Shown here one piece after another: positions 1 to 7,988 of a stretch of 41,483 nt of DNA. Under the pieces are notes generated by a model. It was not told the origin of the DNA. It ran no database searches and was given only the letters and a program-made list of their open reading frames with translations. Position 1 is the first letter of the stretch, and each line of letters starts with the position of its first letter. The translations under genes were made by a program, and so were the position numbers. Source of the DNA: Polyangiales bacterium (GTDB taxonomy: Bacteria > Myxococcota_A > Polyangia > Polyangiales > Houyiibacteriaceae); contig JBATTM010000090.1 of NCBI GenBank assembly GCA_049670545.1, forward strand, positions 1 through 41,483, read 5' to 3'.

Positions 1-155
1 TCTTCGGCGGCTTCGGCGGCTTCCATCGCGCCCTCTGCGGCGGCGGTAGCGGCCTCATCGGCAGCGGCAGCGGCGTCGTCGGCTGTCTTCTTGCACGCCA
101 CGAGCGCCCCGCAGACCGCGAGCACCAAACCCAATCGCAATACGTTCTTGGTCAT
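1..155 (-). CDS. lipoprotein, N-terminal part only (gene runs off the left edge of the window)
   Basis: Reverse-strand ATG at 153-155 is preceded by GGGAGAG (SD). Hand translation MTKNVLRLGLVLAVCGALVACKKTADDAAAAADEAATAAAEGAMEAAEAAE shows a signal peptide with lipobox LVAC, then Ala/Glu low complexity. It is below the ORF-track size cut-off. Confidence 0.45.
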   Translation of the reverse strand, partial: MTKNVLRLGLVLAVCGALVACKKTADDAAAAADEAATAAAEGAMEAAEAAE

Positions 156-460
156 GATGATTCTCTCCCATCGGCAGTGCGGGGATCTCACCAACACACC
201 CACATCCCCCGCTTCCGAAGTGGGTTAGCGGTTTGCCGTGGTGCGGTCAAACATGATGCGAAGCAGGAATTACCGATCCGATGACGGAGTCGCGGCCCAT
301 CTTGCCGCACATTCGCGGCGCGCGACGAGAAAGGCCGCCCAAACCGGGCTGAAACGCCCCAGACGAAGCATGCCCGAAACGATCGCCCAACCGCCTCGAC
401 ACCGACTCCTCACGCCGGGACGCCAATTGTCATTTTGTGTAGGGCTCCGAATTCGGACGC

Positions 461-1489
461 CTACGCGCCGCCGCGCGCAATCCTTCGCCATACGTCAGGC
501 TGCGCCTTCATCCAGACCACGTTCCGGTAGATCGACGACTGGCTATCCGGCACCGCGCCCGATGCGTACGCTCGCTGGAGTTCCCGGACTGCGAATACCA
601 GGTCGCGCTGTGGCTCGAACCCGAGCTCTTCTCGCGCGCGCGCCGCAGACAAGTGATACGAACGGGGATCATTGGACGGCACCGTGTCGATGGGAATCGA
701 TGGGTCGAGTTCGTCTCGGATCATTTGCGCGAGAGACATGACCGATGCGTTCGCCTTGCTGACGTTGAACGCCTTGCCTGAGACTTTGGGCGCAGGTGCG
801 TCGATCAGCATTCGGTAGAAGGCACTCAAATCCTGGACATGAACGTTGGGTCGCATCTGCGCGCCCCCAAACACCCGGATCCGTCCATCGGTCAGGCCCT
901 GATCGGTAAGAAGGTTGATCGTGAGGTCGAGACGCAATCGAGGCGAATAGCCACACACCGTCGCCGAGCGGACAGAGACCCCCACGAAATCATCGTCGAC
1001 GAGTCGGTTGAGGATTTGCTCTCCCTCGGCCTTGCACCGCGCGTAGATGGTAATCGGATCGAGGTCTAGATCCTCGGTGACGTTCTCCGTGTCTTTCACG
1101 CCGTACACACTCGCCGACGATGCGTAGAGGAACCGACGCACGCCGTGGCGCTTCGCCGCGTGCATCAAGTGATCGACCGCCTTCAAATTGACACTCTCGG
1201 TGACTTCCGGGTCGAGTTCAGAGCTCGGGTCGTTGGAGATTGCGGCGAGATGAATCACGACACCGAATCGACCTTCTCGAAGGACTGCGTCGACACGTTC
1301 GAAATCGCGAACATCGGCGCGTATTCGTCGACAGGCAGGATGCACGATCGGATCTGTGTCGGGATCGGTACCGTAGAGGAACGCATCGAGCACCGTGACG
1401 TGGTGTCCCTGCTCGATCAGCTCGGGCACGAGCACCGCACCGATGTACCCCGCACCTCCCGTGACCAGTATCTCTTGGTTCGACATCAT
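461..1489 (-). CDS. NAD-dependent sugar epimerase/dehydratase (extended SDR family)
   Basis: 342-aa ORF. It has the Rossmann motif ILVTGGAGYIGAVLV, the ASSASVYG block and catalytic YARCK (YxxxK). GGGGGAG SD lies upstream of the ATG. Confidence 0.85.
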   Translation of the reverse strand: MMSNQEILVTGGAGYIGAVLVPELIEQGHHVTVLDAFLYGTDPDTDPIVHPACRRIRADVRDFERVDAVLREGRFGVVIHLAAISNDPSSELDPEVTESVNLKAVDHLMHAAKRHGVRRFLYASSASVYGVKDTENVTEDLDLDPITIYARCKAEGEQILNRLVDDDFVGVSVRSATVCGYSPRLRLDLTINLLTDQGLTDGRIRVFGGAQMRPNVHVQDLSAFYRMLIDAPAPKVSGKAFNVSKANASVMSLAQMIRDELDPSIPIDTVPSNDPRSYHLSAARAREELGFEPQRDLVFAVRELQRAYASGAVPDSQSSIYRNVVWMKAQPDVWRRIARGGA

Positions 1490-1553
1490 CTGCTCCCCCG
1501 GGTCGGCACGATAGCGCAGTTGTGTGCCGAAGAAAGAATCCTGACGTTCGCAC

Positions 1554-3386
1554 TCAGGGCACGGGCTGCCCGGTCACGGGTATGTCGTCCGTGTACCGCC
1601 AGGCGCTTCCGTTCTTGCTTCGCATGATGCCATTGGGAATTCGGTCCGTGGGCGCGCGCTCGAGAGGGATCAACGCCATCGCGCACTTCGAAGCGTTCCA
1701 CGCGGTCACGTATCCCGTTCGCCCGGGGAACGTCTTCAAGAGCGCGCGGTCGGCTTCAAGCGAAAGATGGTTGGCCCAGAGGACACTGTTCTCGAAATCG
1801 GGATCGTTGAGCGGCCACCAGTAGACGTAGTGATTGGGCGCCACGCCGAGGCGGACGCATCGCATCGCCCAGGGCCGATCGGCGAACACGATCGCGTCCC
1901 TAAGCCCGGCCTCCGCGACCGCAGCGAGGGGCCTCGTCGACATCTCCCCAATGTCAGAGACCGCCTTGAGTCGGTATGGTGAGAAGAGAAACACGGACGC
2001 GACCATGAACGCGCCGACGAGGTACGCGGGAAAGCGAAGCGCGTCGGTTGAAACCGCACCTGCCCACCGCGTCGCGCGTTGGCAGGCAAATGTGGTCAAC
2101 ACCAGGATCGGGAGCGAGATCTCGAACCAATGCGTGGGCCCAAACGAGTCGATTCCGGGATCGTGCAGCCAGAAGTGCAGCACGATGTAGGAGCCGATGC
2201 TGGCCCACCAAACCGAAGTCTTTCGGAGCCCGACCGCAACGGGCAGTAGGATCAGGGATGCGGGCCAACCAAAGAGCGAGAGGTTGAGTCGGACGAGACC
2301 GTTGGTGACTGTGGCGAGCATCGCCGCAACCCCGCCCGAGTTGGAAAGCACCCGAGCGCCAGCACGGTGCTCGCCCACATGCGTGAACCGAAAATTGTTG
2401 TCGGCCGCGTACTCGAAGGCACGCTGGTACGCGGTCTTGAATGCGGATCCTGTCAGTTCGGCGTTCACCCAGAGGAACACCGCACCAAGAACGAGTACCG
2501 GTGCAACGAACGCCAAGATGTTGGGCACGCGTCGACCCGGTCGCATTTGCTGCCAAGTCCAAAGCGCCCCCCAAGGGAGCGCGACCCCCACCGCCGACAG
2601 GGGTCGGATGAAGAAGGCAAGGGCGAGGAAGAAACCGAAGGCGGCGTGAACCCGTGGTCGCCCTCCTCGAAGAGCCAGCGTGCCAAAGAGAATCGCAGCG
2701 ACGAGCGCCGCAAGCACAGACGTGTGCGACATCTGGGTCGCGGCTGCGACCTGGAGCATGGGCGACGTCAAGAACACCAGTACCGCGAGTCGACCCCAGT
2801 GCTTGCCGACGGAGATCTCGACGAGCCTGTAGAGTGCGGGCACGGTCGCGCCGGAGATCAGCGCGTTGAGATAGCCGTCCGCCCCGAACGGCACGGCCAA
2901 CGCCATGATGGCAGGCCAACCGAGAAAATACTGGGAGAACATGCGCCCGTCGTTCACCAAGAACGCATGATCAAAGAACAAGCGCAGAGGGTGCGATGGC
3001 GCGGTGAGGCGGCCGGAAGCGAGGAGCTCGGCCGAGAATCGGTACGCAGACTCGTCGTCCGTAATCGCGCCCCCGCCGAGTACGCCGAATCGAATGAACG
3101 CGGGAACCAACACCCCGATCAGGGTGGCGATGGGAACGAACGCAGTGAGTTCGCGGTTCTGCCAGTGCGGGCGAAGCTCCGTCATCGCGACGGCGACGCA
3201 TACCGCGCCGGCGGTCCCAAGGATCCCGTAGATGATCGCGAAGCGAACGAACTGAGTCGCGGGAAACTGGATACTCCCGAGGCCGAGCGCATAGTTCCCA
3301 TACACGGGCCCGATGAACTGGAACATCGCCCAGAACGACAGACCCAAGAGCAACAAGAGGAGCGATGTGACTTGGGTTGAACGCAT
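1554..3386 (-). CDS. ArnT/PMT-like GT-C membrane glycosyltransferase
   Basis: ORF 1554..3629 is trimmed to the ATG at 3386 (MRSTQVTSLLLLLLGLSFW). The upstream part is Arg/Gly-rich and overlaps the 3' end of the neighbouring gene. There are many hydrophobic spans. The first-loop motif TDDESAYRFSAELLASGRL resembles the ArnT motif DE.RYAEISREMLASG (from memory). Confidence 0.65.
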   Translation of the reverse strand: MRSTQVTSLLLLLLGLSFWAMFQFIGPVYGNYALGLGSIQFPATQFVRFAIIYGILGTAGAVCVAVAMTELRPHWQNRELTAFVPIATLIGVLVPAFIRFGVLGGGAITDDESAYRFSAELLASGRLTAPSHPLRLFFDHAFLVNDGRMFSQYFLGWPAIMALAVPFGADGYLNALISGATVPALYRLVEISVGKHWGRLAVLVFLTSPMLQVAAATQMSHTSVLAALVAAILFGTLALRGGRPRVHAAFGFFLALAFFIRPLSAVGVALPWGALWTWQQMRPGRRVPNILAFVAPVLVLGAVFLWVNAELTGSAFKTAYQRAFEYAADNNFRFTHVGEHRAGARVLSNSGGVAAMLATVTNGLVRLNLSLFGWPASLILLPVAVGLRKTSVWWASIGSYIVLHFWLHDPGIDSFGPTHWFEISLPILVLTTFACQRATRWAGAVSTDALRFPAYLVGAFMVASVFLFSPYRLKAVSDIGEMSTRPLAAVAEAGLRDAIVFADRPWAMRCVRLGVAPNHYVYWWPLNDPDFENSVLWANHLSLEADRALLKTFPGRTGYVTAWNASKCAMALIPLERAPTDRIPNGIMRSKNGSAWRYTDDIPVTGQPVP

Positions 3387-3439
3387 CGGTGTTCGGGCGA
3401 ATTCTAGCCCACGCCGCGCGTTCCCCGGAAAAGAATGGG

Positions 3440-4084
3440 CTAGAAGGCCCTGCCGCCCTGGTCGCGCACCAAGCGAAGCAGATTCGCGAGGACGGTCGGA
3501 CGCAACTCTGCGGATTCCACCACAGACGCATGTAACAAGTGAATCGGGCGAAACACGTGCGACGCCCCGATCAGCTCGCCGTCCGCGGCGTTCGCCGTAA
3601 CCCCAAACTCCGCGTTCAGGTCGTCGCAAAGAAAGCGCGGGCCCGTCGGGACTGCGAGCCGGACTGACTCGGGGACACCCACGAAGAGACCGGCATCGGC
3701 AGTCGTGATGTTGGCGAGTCGAGACGGGCCGGGCGCTTCATCCGATACGGGAAGCTGTGAGCCGAAGAACTCGGCCACGGGCCCTACCGAAGCGCCGATC
3801 GCAAGCACCGTCGTGCCGCGGGAGCAGAGTTCGCGGGTCCACGATTGGAGGCGCTCGGCCCGCGCTGCGCCAGGCTTCGTGGCGATGACTGCCAGTTGCC
3901 GAGGGGTCTCATTGGGCATCGCAAACGAGAGCAGCGGGCCTTCGATGATGTCGAACCCGAGCTGTCGGAGGCTTGCGGAGAGCTCAAACGCCGAGCCGTC
4001 ATGAACGACGCAACCGGTACGAGCCAGTTCAGGCGCGGGTTTTCCTCTTCGTTGTGGAGCTTGTGTAAGGTCGTTGTGGGCCAT
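3440..4084 (-). CDS. class-I glutamine amidotransferase-like protein (TrpG/PabA-like fold, apparently degenerate active site)
   Basis: 214-aa ORF. By eye it aligns to PabA/Trp[22 protein letters not shown] vs [39 protein letters not shown] vs [25 protein letters not shown] vs GVQFHPES. The nucleophile Cys position and the His of HPE appear substituted. Caveat: only about 46 nt separate its ATG from an upstream terminator-like hairpin. Confidence 0.45.
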   Translation of the reverse strand: [214 protein letters not shown]

Positions 4085-4129
4085 CGGTCGGACTCTCTGC
4101 CTCTCCCGCGGCGACTCTTTCTCATGAAA

Positions 4130-4158
4130 CGAAAAAAGGCCGCCAGGGAGGCGGCCTT
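4130..4158 (-). terminator. intrinsic terminator candidate downstream of the tandem GGCT gene
   Basis: Perfect 9-bp inverted repeat AAGGCCGCC (4136-4144) / GGCGGCCTT (4150-4158) with a 5-nt loop. On the minus strand it is followed by a run of six T (A-run 4132-4137 on plus). Confidence 0.5.
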
Positions 4159-4268
4159 CGAGCGACGAGCGCGCGTGAGGCCACCTAGTCGGTGAACCAA
4201 AAGTAAAAGCGCTGACTGTCGCGGTGGTTTGTCATGGACACAAAGAGTAGGGCCCGAGCGGCGCGAGG

Positions 4269-5123
4269 TCAAGGCGCTCTCCACCGACCGGAAGCGATGT
4301 GTTCAAGCCCTTCCGATTCGCCCAGAAAGACGTACGTCCATGCCAAGGTCGGGCCGCTCTCCGTGTCGACGCGCACGAGGGAGCGGCGATAGAGCGAGGT
4401 CGCGTCACCGTACCCCATGAAGTCTTCGTAGGGGTCGAGTTCCCGGACGGCGGCGGGCGCGTCGAACAACTCGAAGAGCTCCCCATGAACCGACTCGCCT
4501 TCTTTGAGGATCAATCCAGGGTACCAGTCGATCCGAACTAGAGATGCGCCTTGCAACGTGGCCGGCCGTTCGGGCGCACGCAGATGGGCGGCGATCAAGT
4601 CGTGTGTCCGTCCCCCCCGCATCAACGTGCCGTAGGCGAAGAGTGTACGAGGAGTCGCCGCCGGCGCCGCACCTTCGGCGACCGCGCGGAACTGCACGTC
4701 AGAGTGACCGAAGAGTGCGAGCCCACGACTCACGAACCCGCGATACTCGTCGCCAGGCGGCACAAACGAGCCGACACGCTCATCGCAGACGGTGTACGTC
4801 GTCGCTACATGGGCACGGCCGTCGGCGGTGAGAACGGTGACCTCGATTGGGCGGTAGTAGCCTCCCGTGACACCCTCTTTGGCGCGAAGGCCGTTCCAGT
4901 CGTGGACCGCAAAGAGCGCACCGGGAGTGGCCGTGCCGCGGCTCGGTTTCACATCGAGGGCCCCGCCCCTTTGAAGGCGCCGCTCATAGTGGAACACCGG
5001 CTCGTGATCGGGAAGCCAAGCAGGGCCGATCGGCTCGAGAGACGCCGGATCGAACCCTTTCTTCGTGCACCAGTCGGTCCAGTTGTGCGCATCGAGGTTC
5101 GACCCGTAGGCAAAGTAGAGCAC
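4269..5123 (-). CDS. fusion of two gamma-glutamylcyclotransferase-fold domains (GGCT-like + AIG2/GGACT-like)
   Basis: 284 aa with a GTG start. The N-terminal half begins MLYFAYGSNL (GGCT hallmark YGSN). The C-terminal half contains LFAYGTLMRGG ... WYPGLIL ... VHGELF, typical of AIG2/GGACT-like proteins. Confidence 0.7.
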   Translation of the reverse strand: MLYFAYGSNLDAHNWTDWCTKKGFDPASLEPIGPAWLPDHEPVFHYERRLQRGGALDVKPSRGTATPGALFAVHDWNGLRAKEGVTGGYYRPIEVTVLTADGRAHVATTYTVCDERVGSFVPPGDEYRGFVSRGLALFGHSDVQFRAVAEGAAPAATPRTLFAYGTLMRGGRTHDLIAAHLRAPERPATLQGASLVRIDWYPGLILKEGESVHGELFELFDAPAAVRELDPYEDFMGYGDATSLYRRSLVRVDTESGPTLAWTYVFLGESEGLEHIASGRWRAP

Positions 5124-5168
5124 GCTCGAGTGTAGCAGCCCACGTCGCCGCGCCAGGTCGCGTCACGA

Positions 5169-5786
5169 CTACTTTCTCTGCCCGGCGAACTGATCGTCTT
5201 TGGTTCGGAAGAGCACGTTGAACGTGGTCAAGGAGCCGTAGCAACCGGTGATGTACTGCTGGAGTTGGACTTTGTCTTCATCGCTCAAGCCCTTGTGGCC
5301 GTTGATCTTCTGCTCGAGCACCCGGAGCTTGTCTCGGACCATCACGACTTTCTTGAAGAAGACGTCGAGCGGCACCCGCTTCTCCTGGGTGCCTTCACGG
5401 CCGGGCACCAAAACGAGCTCGCCGCCTTCCCAACGGTCTCCCATTTCGGTTTCGCGAACTCCCAGTTCGTCGAGCAACACTTCGCGAAGCACGTTTCGGA
5501 ACGTCTCTTGATCCATCTCGATTCCAATCTCCGAAGGGATGTGTGGGCGCGGCTTTGGGCTCGGAGCCTCACGGTAGTGCCGTGGCGCGCCAACTGCCGG
5601 CTTACGCTTGAGCGCTTGATTCCACGGGGTGTCCTTGGACTTGTGGCTCGAGCACGTCGCCGCGTCTCGTAGCGGCCACTGACCCTGCCCGAGCCGGCAA
5701 TTGCCAACCCACGAGCCATCTGGCTCCTCACACTTGGGGATGTACCAACCACACGTGCCGCACCGTCCCGACAGATCCCGCGTCAT
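5169..5786 (-). CDS. hypothetical protein, N-terminal Cys-rich segment, conserved C-terminal domain of unknown function
   Basis: 205-aa ORF with ATG at 5784-5786, 28 nt downstream of the sufT stop on the same strand. The N-terminus CGTCGWYIPKCEEPDGSWVGNCRLGQGQWPLRDAATC has five Cys within about 40 aa. A Pro/basic linker is followed by a well-composed C-terminal domain (…LRVLEQKINGHKGLSDEDKVQLQQYITGCYGSLTTFNVLF…). Confidence 0.6.
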   Translation of the reverse strand: MTRDLSGRCGTCGWYIPKCEEPDGSWVGNCRLGQGQWPLRDAATCSSHKSKDTPWNQALKRKPAVGAPRHYREAPSPKPRPHIPSEIGIEMDQETFRNVLREVLLDELGVRETEMGDRWEGGELVLVPGREGTQEKRVPLDVFFKKVVMVRDKLRVLEQKINGHKGLSDEDKVQLQQYITGCYGSLTTFNVLFRTKDDQFAGQRK

Positions 5787-5814
5787 CGGCGCGGAGTGTA
5801 TCGGAGACGCGGCC

Positions 5815-6279
5815 CTAAAGCATGCCGAGTTCGAGTTTGGCAGCCTCGGTCATGCGTTCCGGCGTCCAGGGGGGGTCCCAGACCAGCTCGACGTGAGACG
5901 TCGCGACCCCCTCGACCCTGCCGGTTTTCTGGGCAACTTCCTCCACCAATGCTCCCGCCACCGGACATGCTGGCGCCGTGAGGGTCATCCGAATCTCGGC
6001 GTTGGCTTCTTCGGTGACTTCCACCTCGTAGATCAAGCCGAGCTCGTAGATGTTGACGGGAATCTCCGGGTCGTAGATCGACTGGAGGGCCTCGATGATC
6101 GCGGCCTTGACCGCCACGGGATCGATCGGCCCCGCTGGTTTCTCGCCACTTCCCGCAAATGCCTCGCCCACTGGGTCTACTGGCTGCGGCGGCCCGCCCG
6201 CCTGGGGCAAGAAGACATGGTCCGACGTCGTTCGCGGCGGGATCTTGTGAACCTTGAGATGCTCGATGTCGTCGCCCAC
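5815..6279 (-). CDS. sufT: SufT / DUF59 (MIP18-family) Fe-S assembly protein with N-terminal extension
   Basis: The core AIIEALQSIYDPEIPVNIYELGLIYEVEV…MTLTAPACPVAG is the DUF59/SufT signature. GTG start at 6277-6279 with GGAG 6 nt upstream. The roughly 55-aa Pro-rich N-terminal extension is uncertain. Confidence 0.8.
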   Translation of the reverse strand: MGDDIEHLKVHKIPPRTTSDHVFLPQAGGPPQPVDPVGEAFAGSGEKPAGPIDPVAVKAAIIEALQSIYDPEIPVNIYELGLIYEVEVTEEANAEIRMTLTAPACPVAGALVEEVAQKTGRVEGVATSHVELVWDPPWTPERMTEAAKLELGML

Positions 6280-6282
6280 GCC

Positions 6283-6732
6283 CTACTCCGTCTTTGCTTC
6301 TGCGCCCACGTCTTCGAGGGCGTGATTGAGAGTGTGCCACCCGAGGGTCGCGCACTTCACGCGCATCGGGAACTCCCGAACCCCTGCGAACACGGCAAGC
6401 TTCCCAAGTGAATCGAGGTGATCGTCGGCGCCGTCGGCGCCCATGACCATGGCGTGAAACTTGGAGAAAATCTCGGCAGCTTCGTCGAGGGTCTTTCCCT
6501 TTACGGCTTCCGTCATCGTCGATGCGGACGCCTGAGAAATCGCGCACCCCTGCCCCACGAACCCGACATCGGCGATTCGGTCGCCCTCGAGCTGCAACCG
6601 CAACGTGATGCGATCGCCGCACAGCGGATTGTAGCCTTTGCCCTCACGATTGTGAGGCTCCGGGAACCTGTGGTTCCGCGGGTTCTTGCCGTGATCGAGG
6701 ATCACTTCTTGGTAGAGTTCGCGTAGGTCCAT
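6283..6732 (-). CDS. sufU: SufU-type (IscU/NifU-like) sulfur-transfer/scaffold protein
   Basis: Trimmed to the ATG at 6732 (MDLRELYQEVILDHGKNPRN…). Conserved Cys motifs are NPLCGD, GQGCAIS and RVKCA. Its start overlaps the sufS stop by 1 nt (TGATG). Confidence 0.85.
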   Translation of the reverse strand: MDLRELYQEVILDHGKNPRNHRFPEPHNREGKGYNPLCGDRITLRLQLEGDRIADVGFVGQGCAISQASASTMTEAVKGKTLDEAAEIFSKFHAMVMGADGADDHLDSLGKLAVFAGVREFPMRVKCATLGWHTLNHALEDVGAEAKTE

Positions 6733-7988
6733 CAGCCAAACAGCTCCTTGACCTTCTCGAGCGCGCGAACCAGCGCATCGATGTCGGCGGTCGTGTTGTA
6801 GATGCCGAGGGATGCGCGCGCCGTCGCGGCAATGTCGAAGTGCTCCATCACGGGCTGTGCGCAATGATGTCCGGTGCGAATCGCCACACCCTCGGCGTCG
6901 ATGATCGTCCCGATGTCGTGAGGATGTGCCTGGTCCATCAAGAATGAGATCGCCGCGACTTTGTGAGGCGCGGTGCCTACGAGACGAAGGCCATCGACTG
7001 AAGACAGGGCATCGTTCGCGTACTGCAACAGATGGTGCTCGTGTGCATGGATCTCGGCAGGATCCCAGGACGTGAAGTAGTCGATTGCCGCACCGAGCCC
7101 GATGGCGCCGGCGATGTTCGGAGTCCCTGCCTCGAACTTGTACGGAAGGTCGTTGTAGATCGTTTCCTCGAACGTGACCGAGCGAATCATGTCGCCGCCA
7201 CCCTGGTAGGGTGGCATCCCCTCGAGGAGCCGCTCGCGTGCATACAAGACACCGATGCCCGTGGGGCCGTAGAGCTTGTGCCCACTGAACGCGTAGAAAT
7301 CGCAGTCCAGCGCCTGGACGTCGACCGGGACATGCGCAACCGCCTGCGCTCCGTCGAGGAGCACGACCGCGCCGTGCTCATGTGCCAGCTCGATCATCTC
7401 TTCGGCGGGAAGAATCGTCCCGAGGGCGTTCGACACGTGCGCAAACGCCACCAGCCGTGTGCGTGTGCTCAACTGAGAGGCGAACGCGTCGACGGTGATC
7501 TCACCGCGATCCGTCATGGGTACGACCACGAGCTCCGCACCCACTTGCTCGCAGACGATCTGCCACGGGACGATGTTCGAGTGATGCTCGAGCTCGGAGA
7601 TCAGGACCTCGTCTCCTCGCTGAAGAAACGTGCGGGCCCAGCTCTGGGCGACGAGATTGACCGATTCGGTCGTTCCGCGCGTGAAGATCACCTCAGAGGT
7701 TCGTTCCGCATTGAGAAACGTGCGAACCTTTTCCCGTGCGTCTTCATAGCGAGCGGTCGCCCGTTGCGACAGGAGATGGACCGCCCGGTGAATGTTGGCG
7801 CTGTCGCGCGCGTAGACGTCCGACACCTCGTCGATCACGACTTGAGGCTTGAGCGTGGTCGCCGCGCTATCGAGGTAGACGAGGGGCTTGCCGTGAACCT
7901 CCTGGTGGATCGCAGGGAAATCGGCCCGCGCACGAGTGGCGTCGAAGCCGGCGCGGTCCGCGGAGGTGATCGCCGAGGTGCGAGTCAT
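6732..7988 (-). CDS. sufS: cysteine desulfurase SufS (group II, class-V aminotransferase fold)
   Basis: Trimmed to the ATG at 7988 (MTRTSAITSADRAGFD…FPAIHQEVHGKPLVYLDSAATTLKPQ). It has the PLP-Lys block FSGHKLYGPTGIGVLY and the catalytic loop RTGHHCAQP. There is an ATGA overlap with the sufD stop. Confidence 0.92.
   Translation of the reverse strand: MTRTSAITSADRAGFDATRARADFPAIHQEVHGKPLVYLDSAATTLKPQVVIDEVSDVYARDSANIHRAVHLLSQRATARYEDAREKVRTFLNAERTSEVIFTRGTTESVNLVAQSWARTFLQRGDEVLISELEHHSNIVPWQIVCEQVGAELVVVPMTDRGEITVDAFASQLSTRTRLVAFAHVSNALGTILPAEEMIELAHEHGAVVLLDGAQAVAHVPVDVQALDCDFYAFSGHKLYGPTGIGVLYARERLLEGMPPYQGGGDMIRSVTFEETIYNDLPYKFEAGTPNIAGAIGLGAAIDYFTSWDPAEIHAHEHHLLQYANDALSSVDGLRLVGTAPHKVAAISFLMDQAHPHDIGTIIDAEGVAIRTGHHCAQPVMEHFDIAATARASLGIYNTTADIDALVRALEKVKELFG

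Noticed and set aside
446-457. 12-bp perfect palindrome TCCGAATTCGGA just downstream of the epimerase stop, considered as a terminator
   Set aside because: The stem is short and AT-centred, and no T-run follows it on the minus strand. It may be coincidental or a weak structure.
3387-3629. N-terminal extensions of longest-ORF calls (also 6733..6864, 7989..8390, 11394..11516, 12957..13154, 19454..19684, 20529..21314, 39984..40313)
   Set aside because: The extensions are basic low-complexity sequence, overlap neighbouring genes and precede internal ATGs. Those ATGs coincide with family-typical N-termini, SD sequences or stop/start coupling.
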